A stretch of DNA of 64,000 nt, from positions 1-64,000 of the forward strand of contig JAZDJU010000072.1 of NCBI GenBank assembly GCA_043803685.1. Direction: 5' to 3'. This document shows positions 29,530 to 38,667 of this stretch, piece after piece. Position 1 is the first letter of the stretch. Each line of letters opens with the position of its first letter. The notes below the pieces were generated by a model, which worked only from the letters and a program-made list of their open reading frames with translations, ran no database searches and was not told the DNA's origin. This DNA comes from Candidatus Omnitrophota bacterium. Its GTDB lineage: Bacteria; Omnitrophota; Omnitrophia; Omnitrophales; Aquincolibacteriaceae. The translations under genes were made by a program, and so were the position numbers.

Positions 29530-29923
29530 TGAAATGTCCCGTATTCTGGAACGGCCGCATCGTAATATACTTTAGGCGCTTCTTTCAGAAACGGCAGGTC
29601 GCGTTTTGTTTAGGCGATTATTTTATTCACAGTATAATAACGCGCAAATATGATCGAAAGAATCCTTTCTCTAACGATTCTCGGGCTCATTTTTTCTTCC
29701 GGAGCTTTTGCCTCGGAAGTTCCCGGCGACAAAGAACTGAATGCGGGCAGGATATTACACGTCCTTTGCCTCGCTTTGATGCGCGCTATCAATACCAGCT
29801 TCTTCGGAAAAAATCCTCCCAAGACACCTTCGCACTTCGCACGGACCGGCACTTTTTACTGGATGAAAAATGGGGGCGCGTATCGGCATAGGCAATGAAT
29901 GGTTCATCACTTCAGGAGGTCCT

Positions 29924-31054
29924 ATGAAAAAAACGAACAGGATTCTTTTCGCGATCATACTACTTTTCACGATGGCGCCTTACGCCGGGGCCTGTACTAG
30001 TCTACGGGTCAAGACGGCGGATGGATTAGTGTTTTACGCGCGGACGATGGAAGGCGGGGAGCTCTTTCATTCCTCGGTGTCTGTGATCCCCAAGGGGACG
30101 GAATATCTGGGGACGCTTCCGGACGGAACGCAGGCGGGGCTCGCGTGGACCACGAAATACGGCATGGTCGGCATGAACACGTACGGCCTGCCAGTCATCA
30201 GCGACGGTATGAATGAAGTGGGGTTGGCGGCCGGGAATAATGAGTTCCCAGGGTTTTCCGGATATCAAGTATTCGATCCGGCCAAGGCCGCGGAGACGAT
30301 CGCTCAATATGAAGTGATCACCTGGATCCTATCGAATTTTGCCACGGTCGCTGAAGTGAAAGAAGCGATCAAGAATATCCGTGTCTCCAAGGGACCCGAG
30401 GCGCTGGTCGGGAATCTGGAGCTCCACTATGCCGTTCATGATCCGAAGGGGGATTCGATCGTAATCGAGCATGTCGCAGGCGAGCTACGTGTCTATGACA
30501 ACCCGCTCGGCGTCATGACCAATTCCCCCGCGTTTGACTGGCATCTGACGAATCTCCGTAATTATGCCAACCTCTCACCTGCGAATCCCAAGCCTTTTAC
30601 GATTGAGGGGATCAAGGAATCGGGATTCGGTCAGGGGACCGGGATGCTCGGCCTTCCGGGGGATTACACGCCGCCGTCGCGGTTCGTCCGCATGGTTGCG
30701 CTTGTCCATTCGGCGTTGCCGGTGAGCGGGGCGGACGAAGGCCTCAATCTCGCCATGACGATCATCGGCAACATCGATATTCCGATCGGATCCGTCCGTG
30801 ATCTGAGCGGCAAGGAGCCGGTTTATGACCAAACCCAGTGGGCGACCGCGGCGGACCTCGCTGGGAAGCGGTTTTACTTTCGTACGCGAACCAACAAGGA
30901 TTGGCGGGTGGTCGATGTGACGAAAGCTCTGGCGGATGCCAAGGGAATCATGACGATCCCGGCGGAGATGCCCGCGGAATATCGTGATGTCACCGCTAAG
31001 GCCAAAGAATTCGGTCCGCTCCCGACGAAATATTATCCCGCGGGAAAACCCTGA
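29924..31054 (+). CDS. Exported Ntn hydrolase of the choloylglycine hydrolase/penicillin V acylase family
   Basis: Signal peptide then CTS nucleophile, ARTME, DGMNE.GL, TNSP, GLPGD.T..SRF; AGGAGG RBS. Confidence 0.92.
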   Translation: MKKTNRILFAIILLFTMAPYAGACTSLRVKTADGLVFYARTMEGGELFHSSVSVIPKGTEYLGTLPDGTQAGLAWTTKYGMVGMNTYGLPVISDGMNEVGLAAGNNEFPGFSGYQVFDPAKAAETIAQYEVITWILSNFATVAEVKEAIKNIRVSKGPEALVGNLELHYAVHDPKGDSIVIEHVAGELRVYDNPLGVMTNSPAFDWHLTNLRNYANLSPANPKPFTIEGIKESGFGQGTGMLGLPGDYTPPSRFVRMVALVHSALPVSGADEGLNLAMTIIGNIDIPIGSVRDLSGKEPVYDQTQWATAADLAGKRFYFRTRTNKDWRVVDVTKALADAKGIMTIPAEMPAEYRDVTAKAKEFGPLPTKYYPAGKP

Positions 31055-31101
31055 AGAAGATCCGCGGATCTTTTTGATCTTCAATGAGAGAAAGAAAACC
31101 C

Positions 31102-31188
31102 ATGAAACATCACCATAAAATATGGCTCACCGGAGCTTTGTTGTTGGCCTTGGTTGCCATGATAAGCCTCATGCTAATGCAGGCTTGA
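31102..31188 (+). other. 28-aa signal-peptide-like ORF (gene remnant or small membrane peptide)
   Basis: MKHHHKIWLTGALLLALVAMISLMLMQA*; purine-rich upstream sequence. Confidence 0.3.
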
Positions 31189-31260
31189 AGCGGCTTTCTC
31201 TGATCTTTGATGAGCTTTCGATGCCCAGGTCTTTTATTTTCAGGACAACCCTAACGAGGA

Positions 31261-32976
31261 ATGATCATGAAAAAAACAATGGTGGTTATTAGTGTTGCGG
31301 CGTTGATGTTCCTGGCCACGGTGGCGTTTGCAGCGGATCCGGATGCGATCTACTTTAATGGAAAGATATCGACCCTGGATGCCGGCGAGACCCTTGCAAG
31401 TGCAGTGGGGGTGAAGGATGGCAAGATCACGAATGTAGGAACCTCTGAAGAACTGAAAACGCTTGCGGGGCCGACCACCCAAATGATCGATCTTGCCGGG
31501 AAGACCGTGGTACCGGGGCTGATCGATGCCCACTGCCATCCCATGGAAGCGATGATGATGAAGGAGACGTGGGTGGATTGCCGCTTTCCGGAAACCCCGT
31601 CGGTCAAGGTAGCCCTCGAGCACATCGCCGCGTGGGTCAAGAAGACCCCTGCAGGGGAGTGGGTGTTCGTGGCGTGCGTTTCCGCGAGTCAGAACAAGTT
31701 CGAGGAAAAGAGAATGCCGACAAAAGCGGAGCTTGACGTGGTTGCGCCGGAAAATCCGGTGATGGTCGCCAACGGCACGCACATGGGGATCGCCAACTCG
31801 GCCGCGCTGAAGAAGATGGGGATCACCAAAGGTATGGCGAAACTTCCTCACGGAGGCTCCGTGATCCTCGATCAGGACGGCGAACCCACGGGCGTGATTA
31901 CGGATGGAATGGCAGATATCCCGACGACGCCCACCCTGGTCCAGTTGGAGCAGTATTACACGAAGGACCTCCAGGAGTTCTGGAACCAGCACGGATTTAC
32001 CTCGGTCCTGGCGATCACGCCCGCGGCGGCGCTGCCGGTCTTGCAGAAGATCGCCGGGATGAAAGTTCAGCCGACGCTCCGTTACACGACTTCCATCTGG
32101 ACCTCGGCGAACGCGGAAGATATGCCCGAAGATCTCAGCAAGTTCCGGATGCCCGCAAACTCGGATCCCTCGTGGTACCGGTTCGGCGGGATCAAGGTGT
32201 GGATGGACGGTGAGAACGATTGCCGTACGGGGTATATGTACGGACCTTATGTCGGACATTTCGACACGGACCCCGAGGGGGATCGGGGAAGTCTGGTGAC
32301 GGCACAATCCGTCGCGGATCGTTTTGCCGGTATCGCCGTGAAGAACGGTGTCATGAGCATGATGCACTGTTCGGGAGACGAGGCCATCGATATGGGGCTC
32401 ACGGCGCTTGAAGGTCAGATCAAGTCTGGGACGACGGGATCGATCATGCGCCTCGAACATTTCGGTATGTTCCAGATGAGCGATGAGCAATTGGCTCGCG
32501 CGAAGGCCATGATGGGTAAGGGTTTCAGGATATCCGTTCAGCCGACGTGGCTTCTCGATCTGGTGAAGGCGGATTATGAGAACATGGGACCCGAGCGGAC
32601 GAAGACCGGGTTCCGCTTCCGCAACATGATCGACGCGGGGCTTGAACCGGCGGCGGGTTCGGACGTGACCGGGATCTATCTCGACAACGTCAATCCGTTC
32701 CTTGCCATCTATGCGTCTGTGACACGGAATTCTGACGCGGGTATTTTTGAGCCTGCGCAGGCCATTACCGTGACCGAGGCGCTCAAGATGTGGACGATCT
32801 GGGCGGCAAGATCGATGGGGGAAGAGTCGGTCAAGGGTTCGATCGAACCGGGCAAGTATGCGGACATGACCGTGCTTTCTGACGACATCTTCACGATGCC
32901 GACGGAGAAGCTCAAGGACGTTAAAGTCCTCAAGACTATCGTCGGCGGTGACGTTGTTTATGAGGCCAAGCCGTAA
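31261..32976 (+). CDS. Exported amidohydrolase (Amidohydro_3/YtcJ-like)
   Basis: Signal peptide, PGLIDAHCH, GIK..DG, HCSGD, RLEH, GSD, GSIEPGKYAD. Confidence 0.92.
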   Translation: MIMKKTMVVISVAALMFLATVAFAADPDAIYFNGKISTLDAGETLASAVGVKDGKITNVGTSEELKTLAGPTTQMIDLAGKTVVPGLIDAHCHPMEAMMMKETWVDCRFPETPSVKVALEHIAAWVKKTPAGEWVFVACVSASQNKFEEKRMPTKAELDVVAPENPVMVANGTHMGIANSAALKKMGITKGMAKLPHGGSVILDQDGEPTGVITDGMADIPTTPTLVQLEQYYTKDLQEFWNQHGFTSVLAITPAAALPVLQKIAGMKVQPTLRYTTSIWTSANAEDMPEDLSKFRMPANSDPSWYRFGGIKVWMDGENDCRTGYMYGPYVGHFDTDPEGDRGSLVTAQSVADRFAGIAVKNGVMSMMHCSGDEAIDMGLTALEGQIKSGTTGSIMRLEHFGMFQMSDEQLARAKAMMGKGFRISVQPTWLLDLVKADYENMGPERTKTGFRFRNMIDAGLEPAAGSDVTGIYLDNVNPFLAIYASVTRNSDAGIFEPAQAITVTEALKMWTIWAARSMGEESVKGSIEPGKYADMTVLSDDIFTMPTEKLKDVKVLKTIVGGDVVYEAKP

Positions 32977-33038
32977 GAAGAAAGCGCTTACTTTGCAACA
33001 TACAGCCCGCTGACAGACCAAGGGGAGAGACCGCCAGA

Positions 33039-33710
33039 ATGAGATTGACGCCGGGGAAGGCTTTCATGATCAATAAGCACACCCATCTCCTGGCGGTGAT
33101 CGTTTTTATTTTTCTGTCCTCCCCGTACTTTAGCAGCTTTCACCCCAAGTTCCCCATCATCACGTTTATTTTTTTGCTCGCCCTGATGTTCATTTTAAGA
33201 ACGCTCAAGATCAGCCGGAAAGTGCTTTGGCTCTGCGGAGGTATTGGTGCGACGGTATTTTTGCTCCAGCTGATACTCAATTTCTCGAACGGTTCGACGT
33301 TGACAGTTCCCCTGACTCTCGTGGTGTGCGGCGTTTACATTATTTTTTTACTGCTCTGTATCTTCCTGATGGGTTCCGAACTTTTCAAATCGACCAGGGT
33401 GGATCTGGACGCCATCGTGGGCGGTATCAATATCTACCTCCTGCTCGGCTTTTTGTGGGCCCTTCTCTACTACTCGATCTATGACCTGGATCGCCAGGCA
33501 TTCCACTTTTCCTCGGCGCCGAGTACGACTTATTTTTTCTGTTTCAGTCTTTCGACTCTTTCCACGATCGGTTTCGGGGATATGTTCCCGATCAACAAGT
33601 GGGCCATGGTGCTGGCGTGTTTCGAAGGCGTTACGGGGCAATTGTTTCTGGCGATCTTTATCGCGAGGCTGGTCAGCTTGCACGCCATGGGGCGTGTCGA
33701 GAAAACCTGA
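33039..33710 (+). CDS. Potassium-channel family membrane protein (Ion_trans_2 at C terminus)
   Basis: TLSTIGFGD filter-like motif, EG..GQLFLAI.IARLV. Confidence 0.85.
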   Translation: MRLTPGKAFMINKHTHLLAVIVFIFLSSPYFSSFHPKFPIITFIFLLALMFILRTLKISRKVLWLCGGIGATVFLLQLILNFSNGSTLTVPLTLVVCGVYIIFLLLCIFLMGSELFKSTRVDLDAIVGGINIYLLLGFLWALLYYSIYDLDRQAFHFSSAPSTTYFFCFSLSTLSTIGFGDMFPINKWAMVLACFEGVTGQLFLAIFIARLVSLHAMGRVEKT

Positions 33711-33805
33711 AGGAAAGGCGTTCGTTTTTACGGGGGGGTGTTGCGAAGTAGACTGGGGTCGCGGGTTCTTGAAGCTATAAAAAGTTAAATGGTTAAGGAG
33801 GAGTT

Positions 33806-34648
33806 ATGTTGCACAGAAGATCTTTGCTGTCGGCGTTAGGCATTGCGGTTCTCATGATCGGTATGGAGCATGCCTGGGCGCAGGAAGATGTTTCGCCGAA
33901 AGTCCCGGCCACCCAACCCGCCGCGGCGTCTGTCGATCCGCGCGCGGTGAGCGCGCTCAAACTTATGAGCGATACGCTTTCTCAGGCGAAGTCGCTACAG
34001 TTTCAAGCCCGTAGTATGACGCCTCTCAAGTCGCCGAACGGGATGTGGATCAGTCTCTACGGAAGCTCACGGGTCGTGAAAGAAGGCTCCGGCAAACTCT
34101 TTGTGGAAACCCGGGGCGATCTTTTTCCGTACGATTTTTATTTTGATAGTAAGTTGGTCACGGCTTATTCGCCGACGAAGAATCTTTATGCCGAGAAGGC
34201 GGTGTCCGGTACGGTGGATGACGTGATCGAAGCAGCTTATCTGGAAGAGGGAAAGTCCTTCCCCTATGCCGACATCCTTGTGTCCCAACCCTATGAGGTC
34301 TTGACCCGGGGATTGGTCCGGGCGGCTTATGTCGGGCAATCGGATTTTCAACCTTTGTCGGGCAGCGGGAGCGTTCAGACCGATCATTTCATTTTTTCGA
34401 ATGAAGGAGTCGAGTGGCAGATATGGATCGATATGGAAGATCATCTGCCAAGGATGGTCTGCGCGACCTATCTGGACGTTGTGGGAGAACCCAGCTACAC
34501 CGTGGAGTTTGGCGACTGGAAGCTCGATGCGCCGGTCCCTCCGGAGACGTTCAAGTTCCAGAATGTTTCCCAGGCGGCGAAGGTCGAGTTTCGTAATCCG
34601 ATGCAGCAGGGCCGTGGAATTGCTTCCGGCGCTGCGGACAAACAGTAA
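33806..34648 (+). CDS. Periplasmic protein, DUF2092-like
   Basis: Signal peptide, A...LK.MSD.L, P.ADIL, WQIWI...LP. Confidence 0.8.
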   Translation: MLHRRSLLSALGIAVLMIGMEHAWAQEDVSPKVPATQPAAASVDPRAVSALKLMSDTLSQAKSLQFQARSMTPLKSPNGMWISLYGSSRVVKEGSGKLFVETRGDLFPYDFYFDSKLVTAYSPTKNLYAEKAVSGTVDDVIEAAYLEEGKSFPYADILVSQPYEVLTRGLVRAAYVGQSDFQPLSGSGSVQTDHFIFSNEGVEWQIWIDMEDHLPRMVCATYLDVVGEPSYTVEFGDWKLDAPVPPETFKFQNVSQAAKVEFRNPMQQGRGIASGAADKQ

Positions 34649-34664
34649 CGTGAGGAGCCCGGCC

Positions 34665-35306
34665 ATGAAAAATAAAAAACTGATCATCCTGATGATATTC
34701 GCTTTAGTGGCGTCGTTTTGCTCCGGACCTGTCTATGCGAGGGGCGGGGGAGGTGGAGGAGGTTTCGGAGGCGGACGTGGGGGCGGAGGCTGGAGCGGTG
34801 GGCGTGGCGGAGATTTCGGAGGCGGTCGTGGTGGTGATTTCGGCGGGGGAGGCCACATGCCGGGTTACCACGGGAGCGGAGAGTATCATGGCGGCGGGAA
34901 TTGGGATCATGGCGAACACCGGCGTAACAATAACAATAACAACAACGATAACGATAATAACACCACGAATAATTACAATGTGGACGGATGGGGCGGTGGT
35001 TGGGGTGGCGGATGGGGGTACGGAGCCGCGGACGATGCCCTTGCGGGGATGGCGATGGGCACGATGATCGGCGCAGCGGCGGCTCAGCCCTCCACGGTCG
35101 TGGTGGAACAGCCTGTGGTCCAACAGTCACCGCCTTTGAATGCCCAGGTGACGGTACTTCCCGCAGGATGTACCGCGCAAAATGTCGGCGGGACGATGGC
35201 CTATCAGTGTGGGGCGGTCTGGTACCGGCCTTTTTTTGGAGCGAGTGGCGTCTACTATCAGGCTGTGCCACCGCCGCCATCGGACAGTCACGATGCCTTG
35301 GTTTAG
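34665..35306 (+). CDS. Exported Gly/Asn-rich low-complexity protein with C-terminal Cys-pair domain
   Basis: GAGGAG RBS, signal peptide, GGGRGG repeats, poly-Asn, LPAGC..YQCG.VWY. Confidence 0.8.
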   Translation: MKNKKLIILMIFALVASFCSGPVYARGGGGGGGFGGGRGGGGWSGGRGGDFGGGRGGDFGGGGHMPGYHGSGEYHGGGNWDHGEHRRNNNNNNNDNDNNTTNNYNVDGWGGGWGGGWGYGAADDALAGMAMGTMIGAAAAQPSTVVVEQPVVQQSPPLNAQVTVLPAGCTAQNVGGTMAYQCGAVWYRPFFGASGVYYQAVPPPPSDSHDALV

Positions 35307-35339
35307 TAAAGACTTTTCCTTTTTGAAAAGGGACGAAGA

Positions 35340-36389
35340 TTGATAAAACGTAAGATCCTGTTTTTTTTTGGCGCATTTTTGATCGTTCAAAGCGCCTATG
35401 CCGGCACTTTGGGCCACTATTATCCCGGTGTTCCTGGCATGCGCGACATCGTTGTGCCGCCCAAAGGTTTTTATGCCATCTATTACAACCCGATCTACGG
35501 CAGCAATGATCTAAGGGACGCGCGCGGCAAAAAACTTTCTCATTTCTCTAAGTCTGAAAGCAGGACGGAATTCCTTAATGTCGAAGGAAAACAAATTCCC
35601 CTCACGCTTTCAGCGAATCTGTCCGCCGACATCAGCACGGCGATGAGGTTCACCACCCAGCAGCTCCTTCTCCTGTGGGTTCCGGGATGGAAATTCCTTG
35701 GCGCCGATTACGCGATGCTCGTGGCTCCTTCTCTGGGGTATGTGAGTCTTAAGGCGAAGATCAAGGCGCGCGAAGTCGGGACGCTCACGGTCGAGGGTGT
35801 CGCGCACACCGTTTCGGCGAACCAGGAGTTCAATCTCAAAAGCGATGATTACGGATTCGGCGACATGTTGGTACAGCCCCTGATGCTCGACTGGCGCGGC
35901 AAGCATTATGACCTCGGCGTGAACTACGGTTTTTGGGCGCCGACCGGATCTTATAGCTCAAAGCGCGCCGCCAATGTCGGCATGGCCTTCTGGAGCCAGC
36001 AGTTCCAGGCGTTCGGGGCCTACTATTTCGACAAGTACCACAAGACAGCCCTCATCACGACCGCGACCTACAATTTGAATAGCAAGAATTACAGCAAGGA
36101 CCTGACACCGGGGCAGAGCATGACGCTCGAGTACGCGCTGAGTCACTATATGAACAGTCGCATCGAAGTCGGCGTGTGCGGTTACGACCAGTGGCAGATC
36201 TCTCAAGACCGTGGAAAAGCGGCGAGGAATACGAATGTCTTCTATCAAATCCACGCCATCGGCGGTCAGTTCACGGGATGGATCCTCAAAGAAAAACTTA
36301 GCCTGACGGCCAAGTGTTACTACGAATATTACGGGGGCGATCGTTTTAAAGGTATTTTGGGGACGGCGAACCTGATCTACGTGTTCTAA
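35340..36389 (+). CDS. Outer-membrane beta-barrel, SphA/phenol MetA-pathway-like transporter
   Basis: HYYPG, GFGD..QP..L.W, APTGSY, GY..WQ, C-terminal Phe. Confidence 0.8.
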   Translation: MIKRKILFFFGAFLIVQSAYAGTLGHYYPGVPGMRDIVVPPKGFYAIYYNPIYGSNDLRDARGKKLSHFSKSESRTEFLNVEGKQIPLTLSANLSADISTAMRFTTQQLLLLWVPGWKFLGADYAMLVAPSLGYVSLKAKIKAREVGTLTVEGVAHTVSANQEFNLKSDDYGFGDMLVQPLMLDWRGKHYDLGVNYGFWAPTGSYSSKRAANVGMAFWSQQFQAFGAYYFDKYHKTALITTATYNLNSKNYSKDLTPGQSMTLEYALSHYMNSRIEVGVCGYDQWQISQDRGKAARNTNVFYQIHAIGGQFTGWILKEKLSLTAKCYYEYYGGDRFKGILGTANLIYVF

Positions 36390-36409
36390 ACTGCCAAGGA
36401 GGCTTCAAG

Positions 36410-37282
36410 ATGTATCAAGGAAAATGGATCTCTTGTGTTTGCATGCTGATCCTTTCTCTCAGCTTGTTCGTTCTGCCTGTGCTAGCCGGCGCCGCTGAAA
36501 AACAAGACGCTCCTGCCGCGAATCTTCAAAATGGAGAATCAAGCGCGCAAACGACGGAACAGAAAAATGAAGCGCTGATCAAGGCCGCGCAGAATCCGAT
36601 CGCAAACATGGTGAGCGTCCCGTTCCAGAATAATTTCAATCTCGGATACGGCCCGCACGGCAAGATGCAATACGTCTGCAATATTCAACCCGTTTATCCG
36701 ATAGGATTGCCCCGCAAATGGACGCTCATTACCCGGAATATTCTTCCCGTGATCGCTCAGCCATGGCCCCGGGATACAGGGGGGCTGGGGGATCTCACGA
36801 GTTCCTTTTTCTTTACGCAGCCTCCCGCCGGCAATCTCATGGTCGGTGCGGGTCCTGTGTTCCAATTCCCGACGGCGACCGATCGCACGTTGGGTCTTGA
36901 AAAATGGTCAGTTGGGCCGACCGGGGTCGCGGTCTATTCCAAAGGGAAGTGGCTCGTCGGAGCGCTCGTCAACAATCTTTGGTCTTATGCCGGAAATCGT
37001 AACCGCAAAGATGTGAACGACATGACGCTCCAGCCTTTCATCAATTATAATCTTCCGAAGAACTGGTTCGTCTTCACTTCGCCGATCCTGACCGCGAACT
37101 GGAATGCCAGGAACGGCGAAAAGTGGACGATCCCCGTGGGCGGCGGGCTCGGCAAGCTCCTCCATTTCGGCAAGGTGCCTGTTAACATGAGCGTTCAGGG
37201 GTTGTATAATCTGGAGCGTCCCAGGTATCAGGCGGATTGGACGGTCCGGTATTCGGTGCAGTTCCTTTTCCCGAAGTCCTAG
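36410..37282 (+). CDS. Outer-membrane barrel-like protein (family often mis-annotated 'neuromedin U')
   Basis: AQNPIANMVSVPFQNN, QPV.P, GLGD, PTAT, QPFINYN, W..P.GGG, FLFP. Confidence 0.8.
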   Translation: MYQGKWISCVCMLILSLSLFVLPVLAGAAEKQDAPAANLQNGESSAQTTEQKNEALIKAAQNPIANMVSVPFQNNFNLGYGPHGKMQYVCNIQPVYPIGLPRKWTLITRNILPVIAQPWPRDTGGLGDLTSSFFFTQPPAGNLMVGAGPVFQFPTATDRTLGLEKWSVGPTGVAVYSKGKWLVGALVNNLWSYAGNRNRKDVNDMTLQPFINYNLPKNWFVFTSPILTANWNARNGEKWTIPVGGGLGKLLHFGKVPVNMSVQGLYNLERPRYQADWTVRYSVQFLFPKS

Positions 37283-37416
37283 CACCGCATCACATTTGAA
37301 ATGAGGGGTATGCGGTGCAGCACTGTTAACCCTAATAATCAAATGGAGAACAGTGCTAGGCTGGGATTCGATCGTTACGAACTCAATATTTTAATGAGGA
37401 ATATCAAGGAGGCTCT

Positions 37417-37581
37417 ATGTTTGATCTCAATAAGCTCGGGGATATGGCAAAGCTAGCAGGTGAAGCCAAAAACATGCAGGAGAAACAGGAGAAAATGGCG
37501 CGGGAGCAGCTGGAAATGCTTCGCAAGATATCCACTCAAATGGACACTGTGATCGCCCTTCTCAAGGATCGTGCAAAATAA
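37417..37581 (+). CDS. 54-aa helical hypothetical protein (not in ORF track)
   Basis: AAGGAGG RBS; MFDLNKLGDMAKLAGEAKNMQEKQEKMAREQLEMLRKISTQMDTVIALLKDRAK*. Confidence 0.7.
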   Translation: MFDLNKLGDMAKLAGEAKNMQEKQEKMAREQLEMLRKISTQMDTVIALLKDRAK

Positions 37582-37601
37582 GAGGTTCGGAGGATTCTGG
37601 A

Positions 37602-38636
37602 ATGAAGATCGAAGAGAATAAGTCCCTCAAGGCGCTCAACACGTTTGGGATCGAGGTCGCGGCAAAATATTTCGTGGAGATCCACTCGGTCGGGGAGCTT
37701 CAGGAGCTTCTCCATGATCCGCGGTTCTTGGTCGGCAAGAAGCTGGTTCTTGGAGGGGGCAGTAACATTCTGTTGACGGGAAATTTTGACGGGTGGGTCA
37801 TCAAGAACGCGATCCCGGGCGTTGAGATCGTGAGCGAAACAGGGACCGAGGTGATCCTGAAAGCCGGAGCTGGGAAAGATTGGCACGACCTGGTGTCAGG
37901 GTGTATTGAACTGAATTACGGAGGACTCGAGAATCTTTCGCTGATTCCGGGGCTTGTGGGCGCAGCGCCTATCCAGAACATCGGGGCCTACGGCGCTGAG
38001 CTCAAGGATGTGTTCCATGAGCTGGAAGCGGTCGAGCTCGCTTCAGGAAATTTGGTCAAATTCAGCGCCAAAGATTGCGCCTTCGGATACCGGGACAGTA
38101 TTTTTAAACATAAACTCGCGGGGCAATTCTTTATTACGTCGGTCTCGTTCAGGCTTACGAAGCTTTCGGCTCCCGGAGTTCATTATATTTTCCTGACCGA
38201 ATACGGGGATGTTCAGGCGGCGTTGGATGCCATGGGGGTCCAGAATCTGTCCCTGCAGGCCGTGAGCGACGCGGTCTGCCAGATTCGGCGCGCCAAGCTT
38301 CCCGATCCCAAGGAGCTCGGCAACGCCGGAAGTTTTTTCAAGAATCCCTCCATTCCTCAGGAACAATACGACAAGCTTGCCGCGAAATATCTCCACATGC
38401 CGCACTACTCGCAGCAAGACGGAACGGTCAAAGTCCCGGCGGGCTGGCTCGTCGAGCAATGCGGTTGGAAAGGGCAAGTGTTCGGGAAGATGGGTTGCCA
38501 CAAAACCCAGGCGCTTGTGATCGTGAACTACGGCGGTGCGACGGGCCGGGAGATCCTCGAGCTTGCCAAGGCCGTTGCCGCGTCCGTGAAAGAAAAATTC
38601 GGGATCGAGCTTTCTTACGAAGTGAATATCGTTTGA
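37602..38636 (+). CDS. murB: UDP-N-acetylenolpyruvoylglucosamine reductase
   Basis: NTFGI, LGGGSNIL, IPG.VGAAPIQNIGAYG, FGYRDSIFK, GNAGSFFKNP. Confidence 0.97.
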   Translation: MKIEENKSLKALNTFGIEVAAKYFVEIHSVGELQELLHDPRFLVGKKLVLGGGSNILLTGNFDGWVIKNAIPGVEIVSETGTEVILKAGAGKDWHDLVSGCIELNYGGLENLSLIPGLVGAAPIQNIGAYGAELKDVFHELEAVELASGNLVKFSAKDCAFGYRDSIFKHKLAGQFFITSVSFRLTKLSAPGVHYIFLTEYGDVQAALDAMGVQNLSLQAVSDAVCQIRRAKLPDPKELGNAGSFFKNPSIPQEQYDKLAAKYLHMPHYSQQDGTVKVPAGWLVEQCGWKGQVFGKMGCHKTQALVIVNYGGATGREILELAKAVAASVKEKFGIELSYEVNIV

Positions 38637-38667
38637 ACGGCAGGATCCTAGAAGTCGAGTCACCTTC

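Noticed and set aside
29650..29898. 82-aa ORF starting with a signal-peptide-like segment
   Set aside because: The sequence after about 30 aa looks non-protein-like; more likely a remnant, so not listed as a gene
31240..33021. 593-aa minus-strand ORF
   Set aside because: Antisense shadow of the well-supported amidohydrolase; no recognisable motifs
37318..37358. agcactgtt...aacagtgct inverted repeat as a CIRCE operator
   Set aside because: Spacing is far longer than in CIRCE, the arms deviate from TTAGCACTC, and it is not upstream of a chaperone gene
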